Assembly: GCA_963835065.1 (NCBI GenBank)
Contig: CAWIEK010000002.1
Location: forward strand, 32,001-96,000
Direction of reading: 5' to 3'
Length of the DNA: 64,000 nt
From: an uncultured Chthonomonadaceae bacterium
GTDB lineage: Bacteria > Armatimonadota > Chthonomonadetes > Chthonomonadales > Chthonomonadaceae
A program made the translations under genes and the position numbers. Positions 48,144 through 61,530 of the stretch are shown piece after piece. Under the pieces are notes generated by a model. The model was not told the origin of the DNA, made no database searches, and saw only the letters and a list, made by a program, of their open reading frames with translations. The number at the start of each line of letters is the position of its first letter. The first letter of the stretch is position 1.

Positions 48144-49643
48144 ATGGAACCAAAACGCGCATTGGTGACGGGAGCGACAGGGTATGTCGGCGGACGGCTT
48201 GTTCCCCTGCTGCTGCAAAAAGGGGTTCGGGTTCGCTGCATGGCGCGGCAGCCGCGCCAATTGGAAGGCCGTTTTGACGGCAACCTTGCCGCGCCGGGAC
48301 AACTGGAAATCGCCGCCGGGGATGTGCTGAACCCGGAAGGTTTGGAGGCCGCGCTTCAGGGTGTGGATACGGCTTACTATCTCATCCACGCGATGGGCAG
48401 CAGCGCAAAAGGGTTTGAAGAACGCGACAAGATTGGCGCGATGAATTTTGCTAACGCGGCGGCAAAGGCGGGTGTTCGCCAAATTATTTATCTCGGCGGC
48501 TTGGGCAAGCGCGAGGAAGACACTTCCGCGCATTTGCACAGCCGGCATGAAGTAGGCGATGTGCTGCGCGCCGGCAAGGTGGCTGTGACGGAACTGCGGG
48601 CGGCGGTAATCGTCGGGGCAGGCAGCGCGTCGTTCGAGATGCTGCGCAGCCTGACCGAAAAGTTGCCGTTCATGCTGTGTCCGAAGTGGGTCAACACGCG
48701 CACACAGCCGATTTTTATCAACGACGCGCTTGCCTATCTCGTGGGCGCAATGGAGTGCGAGGCGTGTGGCGGGCGCATACTCGACATTGGTGGCCCGGAT
48801 GTGATGACGTACAAGGAAATGATGCTTGCGTATGCCGAAGTACGCCATCTAAAACGGACAATCATAGATGTGCCCGTACTGACGCCGCACCTGTCCGCCT
48901 ACTGGGTCAACTTGATGACGACCATCCCCGCGTCCATTGCGTTCCCCCTGATTGAAGGCTTGCGCTCCGAAACCATCGTTGAAAACGACGAGGCGCAACG
49001 GTTGCTTCCGCTTCCGCTCACGCCGTTCCGCGAAGCCGTTGCCCGCGCGCTCCGCGATACGAGTGACGCCAAAGTACCGACTCGCTGGTCGGGAGCGACG
49101 CGGGGACAAGTGCCGCGCATGCTGGACGCCACGCCGCCGGACAAAACCTTGATTCGCAACCAACAGATCGTCGAGACACGAGCAAGCGCGGAAATGCTGC
49201 ACCGAGCGACAGCGCGTATCGGCGGCAAAGTGGGCTGGTATTATGCGGATTTCCTGTGGGAGATTCGCGGGGCCATGGATCGGCTGATTGGCGGCGCGGG
49301 AGTGCGCCGGGGCAGGCGCGACCCGGAGCAAGTGGCAATCGGGGATGCCATAGATTTTTGGCGCGTGGAGGATTATACGCCCACGCGCCTGCTGCTGCGC
49401 GCGGAAATGATCGTGCCGGGGCGGGCATGGCTGGAGTTCCAAATCAAAGAGTTAGGCAACGGCACACGCCAGTTGGCGCAGACAGCCTATTACTATCCCA
49501 ACGGTATTTTGGGTTACGCTTACTGGTATGCCTGCCTGCCGTTCCATGTTTTTGTGTTTGGCGGCATGGCGCGCAACATTGTCCAATGGGCTGAGAAAGC
49601 GGAGCAAATCGAAAATCAAGCGTATGCCAATAACGCGGCGTGA
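48144..49643 (+). CDS. YbjT-like SDR oxidoreductase with DUF2867 domain
   Basis: LVTGATGYVGGRL, IVGAGSASFE, IGGKVGWY, DFWRVE and PGRAWLEF motifs. Confidence 0.9.
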   Translation: MEPKRALVTGATGYVGGRLVPLLLQKGVRVRCMARQPRQLEGRFDGNLAAPGQLEIAAGDVLNPEGLEAALQGVDTAYYLIHAMGSSAKGFEERDKIGAMNFANAAAKAGVRQIIYLGGLGKREEDTSAHLHSRHEVGDVLRAGKVAVTELRAAVIVGAGSASFEMLRSLTEKLPFMLCPKWVNTRTQPIFINDALAYLVGAMECEACGGRILDIGGPDVMTYKEMMLAYAEVRHLKRTIIDVPVLTPHLSAYWVNLMTTIPASIAFPLIEGLRSETIVENDEAQRLLPLPLTPFREAVARALRDTSDAKVPTRWSGATRGQVPRMLDATPPDKTLIRNQQIVETRASAEMLHRATARIGGKVGWYYADFLWEIRGAMDRLIGGAGVRRGRRDPEQVAIGDAIDFWRVEDYTPTRLLLRAEMIVPGRAWLEFQIKELGNGTRQLAQTAYYYPNGILGYAYWYACLPFHVFVFGGMARNIVQWAEKAEQIENQAYANNAA

Positions 49644-49846
49644 AACGCGAAGCAGAAGTCAAAGAGCAGAATAAATCCCATTCTTTAACTTCTGTTATCT
49701 GCGGCGGAAGTTAAATTCGCCCGACACGAATCCCTTGAAATAGCGTATGCTATAGCGGTACAAGTTGTAGAAGCAATTCTGAAGAAAAGATTGCGTGGCA
49801 TGGCCTGACGAACCACTATTAGTAATGCTATTTACAGGGTAATTTC

Positions 49847-50782
49847 GTGGACAACAAAATTGTGAACTCCGATGAATCCTTTCCGCCGCGTTCCCGTTCG
49901 CTTTCGGGGCTGGACGCGCTTAATTCCGTTTCTCACGCCGCCGCATTGGACGCGCTGGCGCAGGCCGTTCGTGGCGAAGATGCAGATATAGATGTGGGAT
50001 TGGCGGCCCTGCTCATTGCTGTAAACCACTATCCCCATCTGGACGTGGCGGCGTATATGCGGAAATTGGACGCATTGGCGCAGGGCGCGCGCAGCCGCAT
50101 CGGCAGAACCCGCCGCGCCGAAAAAATCGTGGAAGCCCTGAACGCTTATTTGTTTGAAGAGCGGCAATTTCAGGGCAACGCCGAAGACTATTACAACCCC
50201 GCCAACAGTTTTCTCAACGAGGTTCTGGATACGCGCCGGGGATTGCCCATTACCCTGAGCATTGTCTACATGGCCGTCGCGCAGCGTCTGGAACTGCCCG
50301 TCAGCGGCGTCGGCCTGCCCCTGCATTTCATCGTGCGCTACGATCCTCCTGCTTCCCGCCTCGGAAACACGCCGCCCATTCTCATAGACCCCTTTTACGG
50401 CGGAGAAATTCTGACGCCTGAACAATGCCGGGAGCGCATCGAGCGCATCATGGGCCGCGCCATCGGCTTCGACCCCGCTTATTTGCAGCCCACGCCCAAC
50501 CGCCTGATCCTGTACCGCCTGCTCAACAATTTGAAACAAGTGTATGTGCAGCGCGAGGAGCCGGCAAACGCCGGGCGCGTCGTGGAGCAAATGCTGGTGA
50601 TTATGCCGGACAGCGTGGAAGATATTCGTGACCGGGGCTTGCTGTTTTTGCAGGAACGCGCCTTTTCTCGTGCCATCAACTGGCTGACCCGCTATCTGGA
50701 ACGCATGCCCAAAGCGGAAGACGCCGGCCATATCCAGCGCGCCATTCAGCAGGCGTATATTTTGCGGGCGCAGTTGAATTAA
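49847..50782 (+). CDS. SirB1-family transglutaminase-like + TPR protein
   Basis: FQGNAEDYYNPANSFLNEVLDTRRGLPITLS, GLPLHF, IDPF and RDRGLL motifs. Confidence 0.9.
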   Translation: MDNKIVNSDESFPPRSRSLSGLDALNSVSHAAALDALAQAVRGEDADIDVGLAALLIAVNHYPHLDVAAYMRKLDALAQGARSRIGRTRRAEKIVEALNAYLFEERQFQGNAEDYYNPANSFLNEVLDTRRGLPITLSIVYMAVAQRLELPVSGVGLPLHFIVRYDPPASRLGNTPPILIDPFYGGEILTPEQCRERIERIMGRAIGFDPAYLQPTPNRLILYRLLNNLKQVYVQREEPANAGRVVEQMLVIMPDSVEDIRDRGLLFLQERAFSRAINWLTRYLERMPKAEDAGHIQRAIQQAYILRAQLN

Positions 50783-50790
50783 GGTGTCCC

Positions 50791-54382
<3,592 letters not shown>

Positions 54383-54389
54383 ACGCTCT

Positions 54390-56172
54390 ATGAAAATCCT
54401 GATTGCTGAAGATGATCCTATTCCGCGCCGACTGCTGCAAGCCTCGCTGACGAAAAGCGGCTACGAGGTTGTGGTGGCGCGGGACGGGAATGAGGCGTGG
54501 GAGGCGCTGCAGGCCGAAGACGCGCCCAAATTGGCGATATTGGACTGGCTGATGCCCGGAATGGATGGCGTGGACGTGTGTCGTCGCGTTCGGCAGCGGG
54601 CTAACGCGCCTTACGTTTACCTGCTCCTGCTGACTTCCAAAGACAGCAAGGAGGATGTTGTCCGGGGCATGGACGCGGGCGCGGACGATTATCTTACCAA
54701 GCCGTTCGACCCGCACGAATTGCAGGTGCGCCTTCATGCCGGACAGCGTATTCTGGAATTGGAAGCCGCCCTGCTTCGCTCTTATGAAGAATTGGAGCGG
54801 GCGCATCGGCGCGAAGGCGAAACCGGGGCCAAAATCCAGCAGACGCTGCTGCTGGAACCGCCGCCGCCCCACTATGGCGGAATGGAGGTCGCCGCGCTGA
54901 CCATTCCCTCGCAGCAGATAGACGGCGATTTTTACGACTTTTTTACGCACCCGAACCCGTATCTGGATGTGGTTGTCGGTGACGTGATGGGCAAGGGAAT
55001 CGCCGCCGCCCTGCTCGGCGCAGCCATCAAAAGCCAATTTCTGCGCGCCCTGAGCCACCTCTTAATTGCCGAACACGGACGCCTGCCCGACCCGGAAGTG
55101 ATTGTCGCTGCCGTGCATCAAGCCGTCACGGGGCAGTTCATCGGGCTGGAATTTTTTGCCACGCTGTGTTACGCCCGCTTCGATCCCAAACAGCAACAGG
55201 TCACGTTTGTAGACTGCGGCCACACCAAAACCATCCGCTTTCGGCCCGCAACGGGCGTATGCGACACGCTGGAAGGCGACAACATGCCCCTCGGCGTCAG
55301 TGAAAAGGAAGTGTACCGGCAGGCGACAGTCGCGTGTCAGGAAAGCGACGTGTTTTGCTTTTACTCGGACGGCGTGACGGAAGCCCACAACCCTTCAGGA
55401 GAACAGTTCGGCGCAGACAGGCTGACAGCCATCATACAGGAAAGCGGACACGACAGCGCCCAGGAACTCATTGACGCTATTCACCGTGCCGTCGTCACGT
55501 TCTCGCAAAAAGCGAAGTTTGCCGATGACCTGACGTGCGTAGTGGTGAAAATGGGCGGGCAAGGCGTTTCTTGTGTCATGGACGCCGAAAATGCTACCCT
55601 TGCAATAGACGCAAAAAACGACTGCCGCTGCAATGGACGCGGAAAGCGCGGCTCCTGCGATAGTCCGGAAAGAAACTGGCCCTCTACAGGGAGGAGGCGA
55701 GACTGCTCCTGCCACATTGGAAATCACTAGCGATCTGGCGCAACTGGCAGCCGTTCGCGCGTTCGTTCGTGACTTTTGTGTTCGCAGTTCGCGTGGCAAC
55801 CCCGACGAAGACGGCATTGCGCAACTGGAAATCGCCGTCAACGAGGCGTTGAGCAACGTCATCCGCCACGCCTACGAGGGACAAGCCGACCGGCACATTC
55901 AGGTAGTGGCGTCCTTCTCCGAGGATGGCGTTGCCATTGAACTGCACCATCATGGCCTGCCCTTCAGCCCCAACAACGCCCCGCCGCCAAGTTTCGACGG
56001 CTCCCGCGACGGCGGCTTCGGCGTTTACATGATTGCGCAAAGCGTGGATGCCGTCCACTACGCTCAGGATGCGAACGGGCGGAACACGATTCGGTTGGTT
56101 AAGCAGATGAAATACGTGAGGTGTTGGGTGTTCAGGTGTTCGGGTGTTCGGAAGATGCCTCGTTCAACGTAA
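54390..56172 (+). CDS. REC-PP2C(SpoIIE) phosphatase probably fused to RsbW-type anti-sigma kinase (frameshift ~55620)
   Basis: REC domain; DGDFYDF, GDVMGKG, YSDGVTE and DDLT motifs; then EIAVNEALSNVIRHAY and GGFGVYMI in overlapping ORF 55633-56172. Confidence 0.8.
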
Positions 56173-56233
56173 GCTGCATTGTCCCGAATACCCGAACACC
56201 CGAACACCCGAACACCCACCCAGGAGAATTACG

Positions 56234-56572
56234 ATGGAATTGGCGAAGGAGCAGGAAGGCGACGTTGTGATTGTTACGCCGCAGGGGGAGTTTCTGGACG
56301 CGAGCAATGCCGAGGCGTTCAAGCGGGACAGCGCGGCTTTGCTGGAAGGCAAGGCGCGGGTCGTGTTCGACATGAGTCGGCTGCAATTCGTGGACAGCGC
56401 GGGATTGGGCGCATTGCTGTCGTGTATGCGAAAACTAAGCGGCGCGGGCGGCGACTTGAAATTAGTTGGCCTTTCCAAACCGGTACGCGCCACCTTTGAA
56501 GTATCGCGGATGCACCGCATTTTCGACATCTACGCGACAAAAGAAGAAGCAGTCAAGGCGTTTGAAGCGTAG
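56234..56572 (+). CDS. STAS domain anti-sigma factor antagonist
   Basis: DMSRLQFVDSAGLGALL; AGGAG SD; preceded by a GGTGTTC/CCCGAACA repeat pair (56121-56216). Confidence 0.93.
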   Translation: MELAKEQEGDVVIVTPQGEFLDASNAEAFKRDSAALLEGKARVVFDMSRLQFVDSAGLGALLSCMRKLSGAGGDLKLVGLSKPVRATFEVSRMHRIFDIYATKEEAVKAFEA

Positions 56573-56654
56573 CGAGTCGCAATAACGTTTACATCTTTGG
56601 GCGGGCTTCATTGACATTAATCAAAGTTTTCCCGTCTACCAACGAACAAACAGC

Positions 56655-56987
56655 TTATGATAAAACGAGGAAGGTTGCGGCGGCATCTGCCTCGAACTCC
56701 TTGACAGCCTCAAGATTGTCCCGCAAAACTCTTTCGATGGCATGAGTGGAACAATTACCAAGCCTTACCCAAATTACCTTTGGCGGGTAGCCTCGAACCA
56801 AGCTGCGCTGATGGAAATCAGAGTCTTTGGAAACAATCGTAAAGTTGTTTCGCTTGGCATAATCCCATATTATTGTGTCGCTCGCTTCTTTGAGACCGGC
56901 ATCACCTACATGCTGAGAGGTAGGGTAAACATCTGCCAGAGCGCCCACAAGCCGGTAGGATAGGTTCTGGTCAAATAAAAGTTTCAT
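56655..56987 (-). CDS. DUF5615 PIN-like toxin
   Basis: MKLLFDQNLS, D..IW.YA, IVSKDSDF and PPKVIW.RLGN motifs. Confidence 0.9.
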   Translation of the reverse strand: MKLLFDQNLSYRLVGALADVYPTSQHVGDAGLKEASDTIIWDYAKRNNFTIVSKDSDFHQRSLVRGYPPKVIWVRLGNCSTHAIERVLRDNLEAVKEFEADAAATFLVLS

Positions 56988-57208
56988 ACCGGTACGCCGA
57001 GCAGCTTACGCTCACGATCAGCCGCGAAGGCAAGACACGCTTTGAGGTCTTCGTGGGTGAGGTCAGGAAAGTCTTCCAATATTTCTTCTTCCGTCATATC
57101 AGAAGCCATGTAATCTAAAACGTCGTAGACAGTGATGCGCAAACCGCGAATACAGGGCTTGCCGCCGCGCTTGTCTGGTTCGATGGTGATGTAGTTCTGG
57201 TAGTTCAT
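56984..57208 (-). CDS. DUF433 antitoxin
   Basis: GGKPCIRGLRITVYDVL...EEILEDFPDL..EDLKACL; 4-nt overlap with the toxin. Confidence 0.92.
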   Translation of the reverse strand: MNYQNYITIEPDKRGGKPCIRGLRITVYDVLDYMASDMTEEEILEDFPDLTHEDLKACLAFAADRERKLLGVPV

Positions 57209-57336
57209 AACACACCTTCTACTCTCTTGAAGAATACGGCATATCCCTCTATGTACGTCTGCTACAAACACACTCTCTTCTGGAAGAAGGAAGCGCCATG
57301 CAAACAGTTAAGGGAACGTTCCGTATATTGCTTGTC

Positions 57337-57365
57337 ATTATAGCGGAGAACTTACGCGGTGTCAA
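57337..57365 (-). promoter_or_regulatory. Consensus sigma70 promoter of the DUF433/DUF5615 TA operon
   Basis: Minus-strand TTGACA-17 nt-TATAAT. Confidence 0.75.
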
Positions 57366-57567
57366 CCACTTATGAAGACGGGAATGAGTTGAACAGAACT
57401 GATTTTATCCTTCTTCAATGTTCAAGCATTGCGCATCAAATGTAGTTTGTAGGCCGCACAAGATTTTAGCGGACAGGAACGCGAACAATTTAGCCTTCGC
57501 CCTGCAAGGGAGAAGGTAGCCCCCGACGGATGAGGGTAGAGGCTTTCAATACCACAGGGAGAAACGT

Positions 57568-58851
57568 ATGACGACACCATCTCGACGAGATTTTCTCAAA
57601 ACGACAACCACAACGGGCGCGGCGGCGGCACTGCTGGCGACGGGCAATTATGCGTATCCGCAGGGCGCGAAGAAACTGAGCGTCGGGCTTATCGGGTGCG
57701 GCGGGCGCGGCACGGGCGCGGCGGCGCAGGCGCTCAATGCGGACCCGGACGCGATTTTAACCGCAATGGGCGATGTGGCGCAGTCGCAGATTGACAACAG
57801 CCTGAGCGCGTTGAAGGGCGAAGCGTCGGTTGCCGGTCGGGTACAGGTGACGCCCGAACACAGCTTTGTCGGGCTGGACAGCTACAAGAAAGTGCTGGAC
57901 AGCGGCATTGACGTGGTGCTGATGGCCTCGCCGCCCGGTTTCCGCCCGCAGCATATTATCGCTTCGGTGGACGCGGGCAAGCATGTGTTCGCGGAAAAGC
58001 CGATGGGCACGGATGCCATCAATGTTCATGCCGCGCTGGAAGCGGCGAAACGGGCGCAGGCGAAAAATCTCGCGTTCGTGTCCGGTTTCTGCTGGCGGTA
58101 CAATCCGCCGCACCGCGCCTTTTACAAGCGCATCCACGAGGGCGCGATAGGGCAGGTGCGCTCGGTTTACGCCACGTACCTGACCGGGCCGGTGAAGCCG
58201 ATGCCGCCCGCCAACACGCGCCCGGCAGGCATGAGCGACGTGGAATGGCAAATCCGCAACTGGTACAACTTCGTGTGGCTGTCAGGCGACGGGCTGGTGG
58301 AGCAGGCGTGTCACAGCATTGACAAGATTTTATGGGCGATGAACGATGTTCCGCCGCTGCGCTGCGTGGGAACGGGCGGGCGCGTTTTGCCCAATAACGA
58401 GGGCAACATCTACGACCACATAGACGTGTTTTACGAGTGGGCGGACGGCAGGCGGGCAACGATGGCGCAGCGCCAAATTCCCTCCCCCTACAACGACAAC
58501 TCGGACTACATCACGGGTTCAAAGGGCGAGGGCATCATCAAGGGCGGCAGCGTGGAAACGCATGGCGATACGGCGTGGAAGTACGAGGGGCCGCAAAAGA
58601 ACATGTATCAGGTGGAGCATGACGAACTGTTCGCGTCCATCCGCAAAAACATGCCGCTCAACGACGGCGAGCGCATGGCGCGGAGTACGCTGATGGGCTT
58701 GATGGGGCGCATGGCGGCGTATACGGGCGAAGAGATCACATGGGAGCAGATGCTGAAATCGCAGGAGCGTCTGGTTCCCGTCAAACTGGAATGGAACATG
58801 AGCCTGCCGATTGCGCCCCTCGCCATTCCCGGCAAAAACACGTTCGTGTAA
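57568..58851 (+). CDS. Tat-exported Gfo/Idh/MocA oxidoreductase
   Basis: SRRDFLK, GLIGCGGRG, GKHVFAEKP and EQACHSID motifs. Confidence 0.92.
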   Translation: MTTPSRRDFLKTTTTTGAAAALLATGNYAYPQGAKKLSVGLIGCGGRGTGAAAQALNADPDAILTAMGDVAQSQIDNSLSALKGEASVAGRVQVTPEHSFVGLDSYKKVLDSGIDVVLMASPPGFRPQHIIASVDAGKHVFAEKPMGTDAINVHAALEAAKRAQAKNLAFVSGFCWRYNPPHRAFYKRIHEGAIGQVRSVYATYLTGPVKPMPPANTRPAGMSDVEWQIRNWYNFVWLSGDGLVEQACHSIDKILWAMNDVPPLRCVGTGGRVLPNNEGNIYDHIDVFYEWADGRRATMAQRQIPSPYNDNSDYITGSKGEGIIKGGSVETHGDTAWKYEGPQKNMYQVEHDELFASIRKNMPLNDGERMARSTLMGLMGRMAAYTGEEITWEQMLKSQERLVPVKLEWNMSLPIAPLAIPGKNTFV

Positions 58852-58857
58852 TTAAAG

Positions 58858-58931
58858 CCCTCACCCCAACCCCTCTCCCACAAAACGTATTTCTGCTTCG
58901 CTTTGGAAATACGTTTTGTGTGAGAGGGGCT
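58858..58931. repeat. REP-like CCCTCACCCCAACCCCTCTCC palindrome
   Basis: Reverse complement of the 29138-29156 end; long internal hairpin CCCCTCTC.CACAAAACGTATTTC / GAAATACGTTTTGTG.GAGAGGGG. Confidence 0.8.
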
Positions 58932-58976
58932 AATTTGAGTTTGACCAACTCCCCCGATAATTTGCGCTCTTCGCCA

Positions 58977-59011
58977 ACACCTGACACCTGACACCTGACA
59001 CCTGAAACCTG
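58977..59011. repeat. (ACACCTG)4 AAACCTG heptamer tract
   Basis: Direct tandem units immediately 5' of the cas1 remnant. Confidence 0.95.
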
Positions 59012-59017
59012 CACACC

Positions 59018-59254
59018 CTGACCACGTATTTCAAGCACTACCGCAGGCGGATGCAGACGACGTTTCGGAACCGGCAGGGGCAGCCAACCAGTTTCCGGCG
59101 CGAACTACAGGCACAGGCAACCCACTTGCGGCGCGTGATTTTACATCAGGAACCCTACGCGCCGTTTGAATTTCAGGTAGGCGGGCCGCATGACGATATT
59201 GCCCAACGCGACAAACCGGCGCAAACCTTGCTCAAGTACCAAAAGAAAAAGTGA
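59018..59254 (+). pseudogene. cas1: 3' remnant of cas1 (possibly followed by an eroded cas2 start)
   Basis: LTTYFKHYRRRMQTTF...TSFRRELQAQATHLRRVIL..EPYAPF resembles the Cas1 C-terminal helices. It sits directly upstream of the CRISPR leader and no N-terminal part is present. Confidence 0.65.
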
Positions 59255-59290
59255 TTTTGCCTCAGCAGCAAAGACAAGGGTAAGCCAGTG

Positions 59291-59437
59291 TCGGCGCTAA
59301 CCTCCAAAACGCTCAAAATAGGGTAGGTTAGCGCCGGAAAAATAATCTCAACATGCTTGACAACACACGAAAAATACGCTATACTGGCTCTATGTTTCCG
59401 AGGTTAGCGCCGATGAGAAGGAAACATGAGATAGAGG
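59291..59437 (+). promoter_or_regulatory. CRISPR leader with sigma70 promoter and repeated GGTTAGCGCCG motif
   Basis: TTGACA(59357)-17 nt-TATACT(59380); CGGCGCTAACCT (59292) is inverted relative to AGGTTAGCGCCG (59325 and 59401). Confidence 0.8.
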
Positions 59438-59705
59438 GTTGCAACCCGACCTCTTCCCCGTAGGGGATTGAAACGGATAGTTTTGCAAGTAGGCATCTTC
59501 TGTCACGGCGTCATAGTTGCAACCCGACCTCTTCCCCGTAGGGGATTGAAACGTATGTACCGCGAACGACATTCATTGCGCCAAGGTATCGGTTGCAACC
59601 CGACCTATTCCCCGTAGGGGATTGAAACGCTTTGTTACTGAAGCAAGTGAGGACCATCAACCCCACCAGTTGCAACCCGGCCTCTTCCCCGTAGGGGATT
59701 GAAAC
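59438..59705 (+). CRISPR. CRISPR array, 4 x 37-nt repeats, 3 spacers (41, 39, 40 nt)
   Basis: GTTGCAACCCGACCTCTTCCCCGTAGGGGATTGAAAC at 59438, 59516, 59592 (one variant base) and 59669 (one variant base); TCCCC-GTA-GGGGA hairpin; ATTGAAAC 3' handle. Confidence 0.97.
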
Positions 59706-59707
59706 GG

Positions 59708-59746
59708 AAAAGGTGGATAGAGCATGATAGGCTCTATCCACCTTTT
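59708..59746 (+). terminator. Intrinsic terminator directly after the last CRISPR repeat
   Basis: AAAAGGTGGATAGAGC / GCTCTATCCACCTTTT stem followed by a U-rich tail. Confidence 0.85.
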
Positions 59747-59813
59747 TCTTGTTAGTCGTCCTTGTTCCGAATTCGCCTCCAACCTCTCCGCGTTGTTCCC
59801 CGTCGGGATTTCC

Positions 59814-59916
59814 TTTGTCTGAACCAGGATTTATGTGATTTTGATGATTACCATGAGGAACGCGCCTCCTCAATCATGCTAATCCTCAAAACCCTAAAAA
59901 TCATGGTTCAGACAAA
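59814..59916. repeat. MITE-like inverted repeat of the CAGGATT/AATCCTG module family
   Basis: TTTGTCTGAACCAGGATTT ... AAATCATGGTTCAGACAAA. Confidence 0.75.
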
Positions 59917-59996
59917 TTAGATCAGGTACACGCTTTGCCAGCCGTCGCGTTCGGCGTCGGGCGGGAACAGGGGCAGGCGGACGCGCTTCGTAGGCG

Positions 59997-60932
59997 CTAC
60001 AAGGGTTTTGTCACCAACACGGGGCTTGTGCGCAGGGAGACAAGCGTACTCTGCTGGCGGAGCGCCTCCGGCAACAAGGCCGCGCCGTTCTCGTCATGCA
60101 GGCGAACGCTCTGACGCAGATACTCAATCTTTCTTTCTTCCAGAACCGTTGCCAAAATCATCCCGCCAGACATGGTGGCGGTTGCGCCTGTAATATCGGC
60201 CATGATCTCATCTACTTCCACGTTGGCCTCCAGAGTGGCCTTGCGATAGACTTCGTTGACGACTTCTACCATACATTCTATCTGGTCGTACTCTTTTACA
60301 GGAACGGGATGACACGTTACGGTCTGCCCCGTAAACTTCTTGATGATGCTTTCTGCAACGCCAAACTCACCTGCCGAACCTTTGTCATTCGGCCCTTTTC
60401 CGTCTTCCGTGCAAATAACCCAGCAATGCTTTAAGGTGGCGGCATGATGCTGTACCGCCACTAGCAACGGCCCCCAATTGGATTTCAGCAGTTCCGCGCG
60501 AAAATCTTCCTGTTCAATAGCTGCTTTGACGGTAGCCACGTCCTTGAAGCGGCTCTCGCCCCGCCGGTCACTGTAGCGACTCAGCATCACAATCAGCGCT
60601 TGGCAGGGCTTTGGCGGCTCAAATGTGAACGAATGTTCCACCGAAGTCCTACGATAATTACGCGCCATAAGCCATACGGCGATTGCAAACAGCAGCAACG
60701 GCAGCGCAAAATCCGCCCCCATTCCGGCCAGCATCTCGCCCGGCTTATCAATGGTAAGCAAGCCGATTCGGTAAAGCAACAACCTTGCAATCCCGCTCAT
60801 CAGGCCGTACAAAGCGTTCGTAAATACGGCGAACATCGCTGCAGAATAGAAAAATGTCACTATAGCTTTGCCGGTTCGATTGCGGCTGAAGTCGAACATC
60901 CGGCTGAACGCTTCGAGAAGTTTACGGTTCAT
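59997..60932 (-). CDS. Transmembrane CARF-domain effector (Cam1-like)
   Basis: Two N-terminal hydrophobic helices, then a Rossmann-like LIVMLS...HH...CWVICT..GS segment and a CARF motif-II-like ADITGATATMSGGMILA; in an operon with csx15 and cas6. Confidence 0.72.
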   Translation of the reverse strand: MNRKLLEAFSRMFDFSRNRTGKAIVTFFYSAAMFAVFTNALYGLMSGIARLLLYRIGLLTIDKPGEMLAGMGADFALPLLLFAIAVWLMARNYRRTSVEHSFTFEPPKPCQALIVMLSRYSDRRGESRFKDVATVKAAIEQEDFRAELLKSNWGPLLVAVQHHAATLKHCWVICTEDGKGPNDKGSAGEFGVAESIIKKFTGQTVTCHPVPVKEYDQIECMVEVVNEVYRKATLEANVEVDEIMADITGATATMSGGMILATVLEERKIEYLRQSVRLHDENGAALLPEALRQQSTLVSLRTSPVLVTKPL

Positions 60933-60974
60933 AATGGCTTTCTGCCCGCTTGTAATCGGAGCAATTGGGTCGCA

Positions 60975-61355
60975 TCAGCGTTGATCGCGCGCCCCGTCCC
61001 GAACGGTTTGTAAATTGATGATTTCCGCCACTTCAAAGCGGGGCGGCGTGGTGTCGGGCACGGGGCGCAGGCGGAGGATGGCGGGGAAATAGCCGCAGCG
61101 CCCGTGCAGTTCCGCCAGCAGCAGCGCGGCAATCGCGTTGTAACTCGGCAGGCTGATGAGCAGGGGCAGCGTCTGCCACTCGTCCGCCGACAGGCCCGCC
61201 GCGCTCAAAAGCTGCTGCGCCTGCCCCGCGTAAGGCAATCCCGGATCGAACTGCGTTTTCACGTCAATCACGCGCTCTATCGCCTGCCCGCTCTGCTGTT
61301 CCACGCCCGCGCGCTGTTCCGCCGTCAGCGGATGCGCAAAATTCACCACAATCAT
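60975..61355 (-). CDS. csx15: CRISPR-associated protein Csx15
   Basis: NFAHPLT..Q, EWQT.PLL, LLAELHGRCGYFP.ILRLRP and FEVAEIINLQ.VR..AR signature; GGAGG SD. Confidence 0.85.
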   Translation of the reverse strand: MIVVNFAHPLTAEQRAGVEQQSGQAIERVIDVKTQFDPGLPYAGQAQQLLSAAGLSADEWQTLPLLISLPSYNAIAALLLAELHGRCGYFPAILRLRPVPDTTPPRFEVAEIINLQTVRDGARDQR

Positions 61356-61530
61356 GCCGCCTCCCATTCCCCTTCCAACAAAACATTCCCACCCCTGCCC
61401 CCTCACCTCCAATCCTCCCGCCCCACCACCAACGCCACTTCCAAAAGTTACAGCAACCAGGCATCATCCTGAAACCTGAAACAGGCATCATCCTACTGAA
61501 ACCTGAAACCTGAAACCTGAAACCTGCCCC

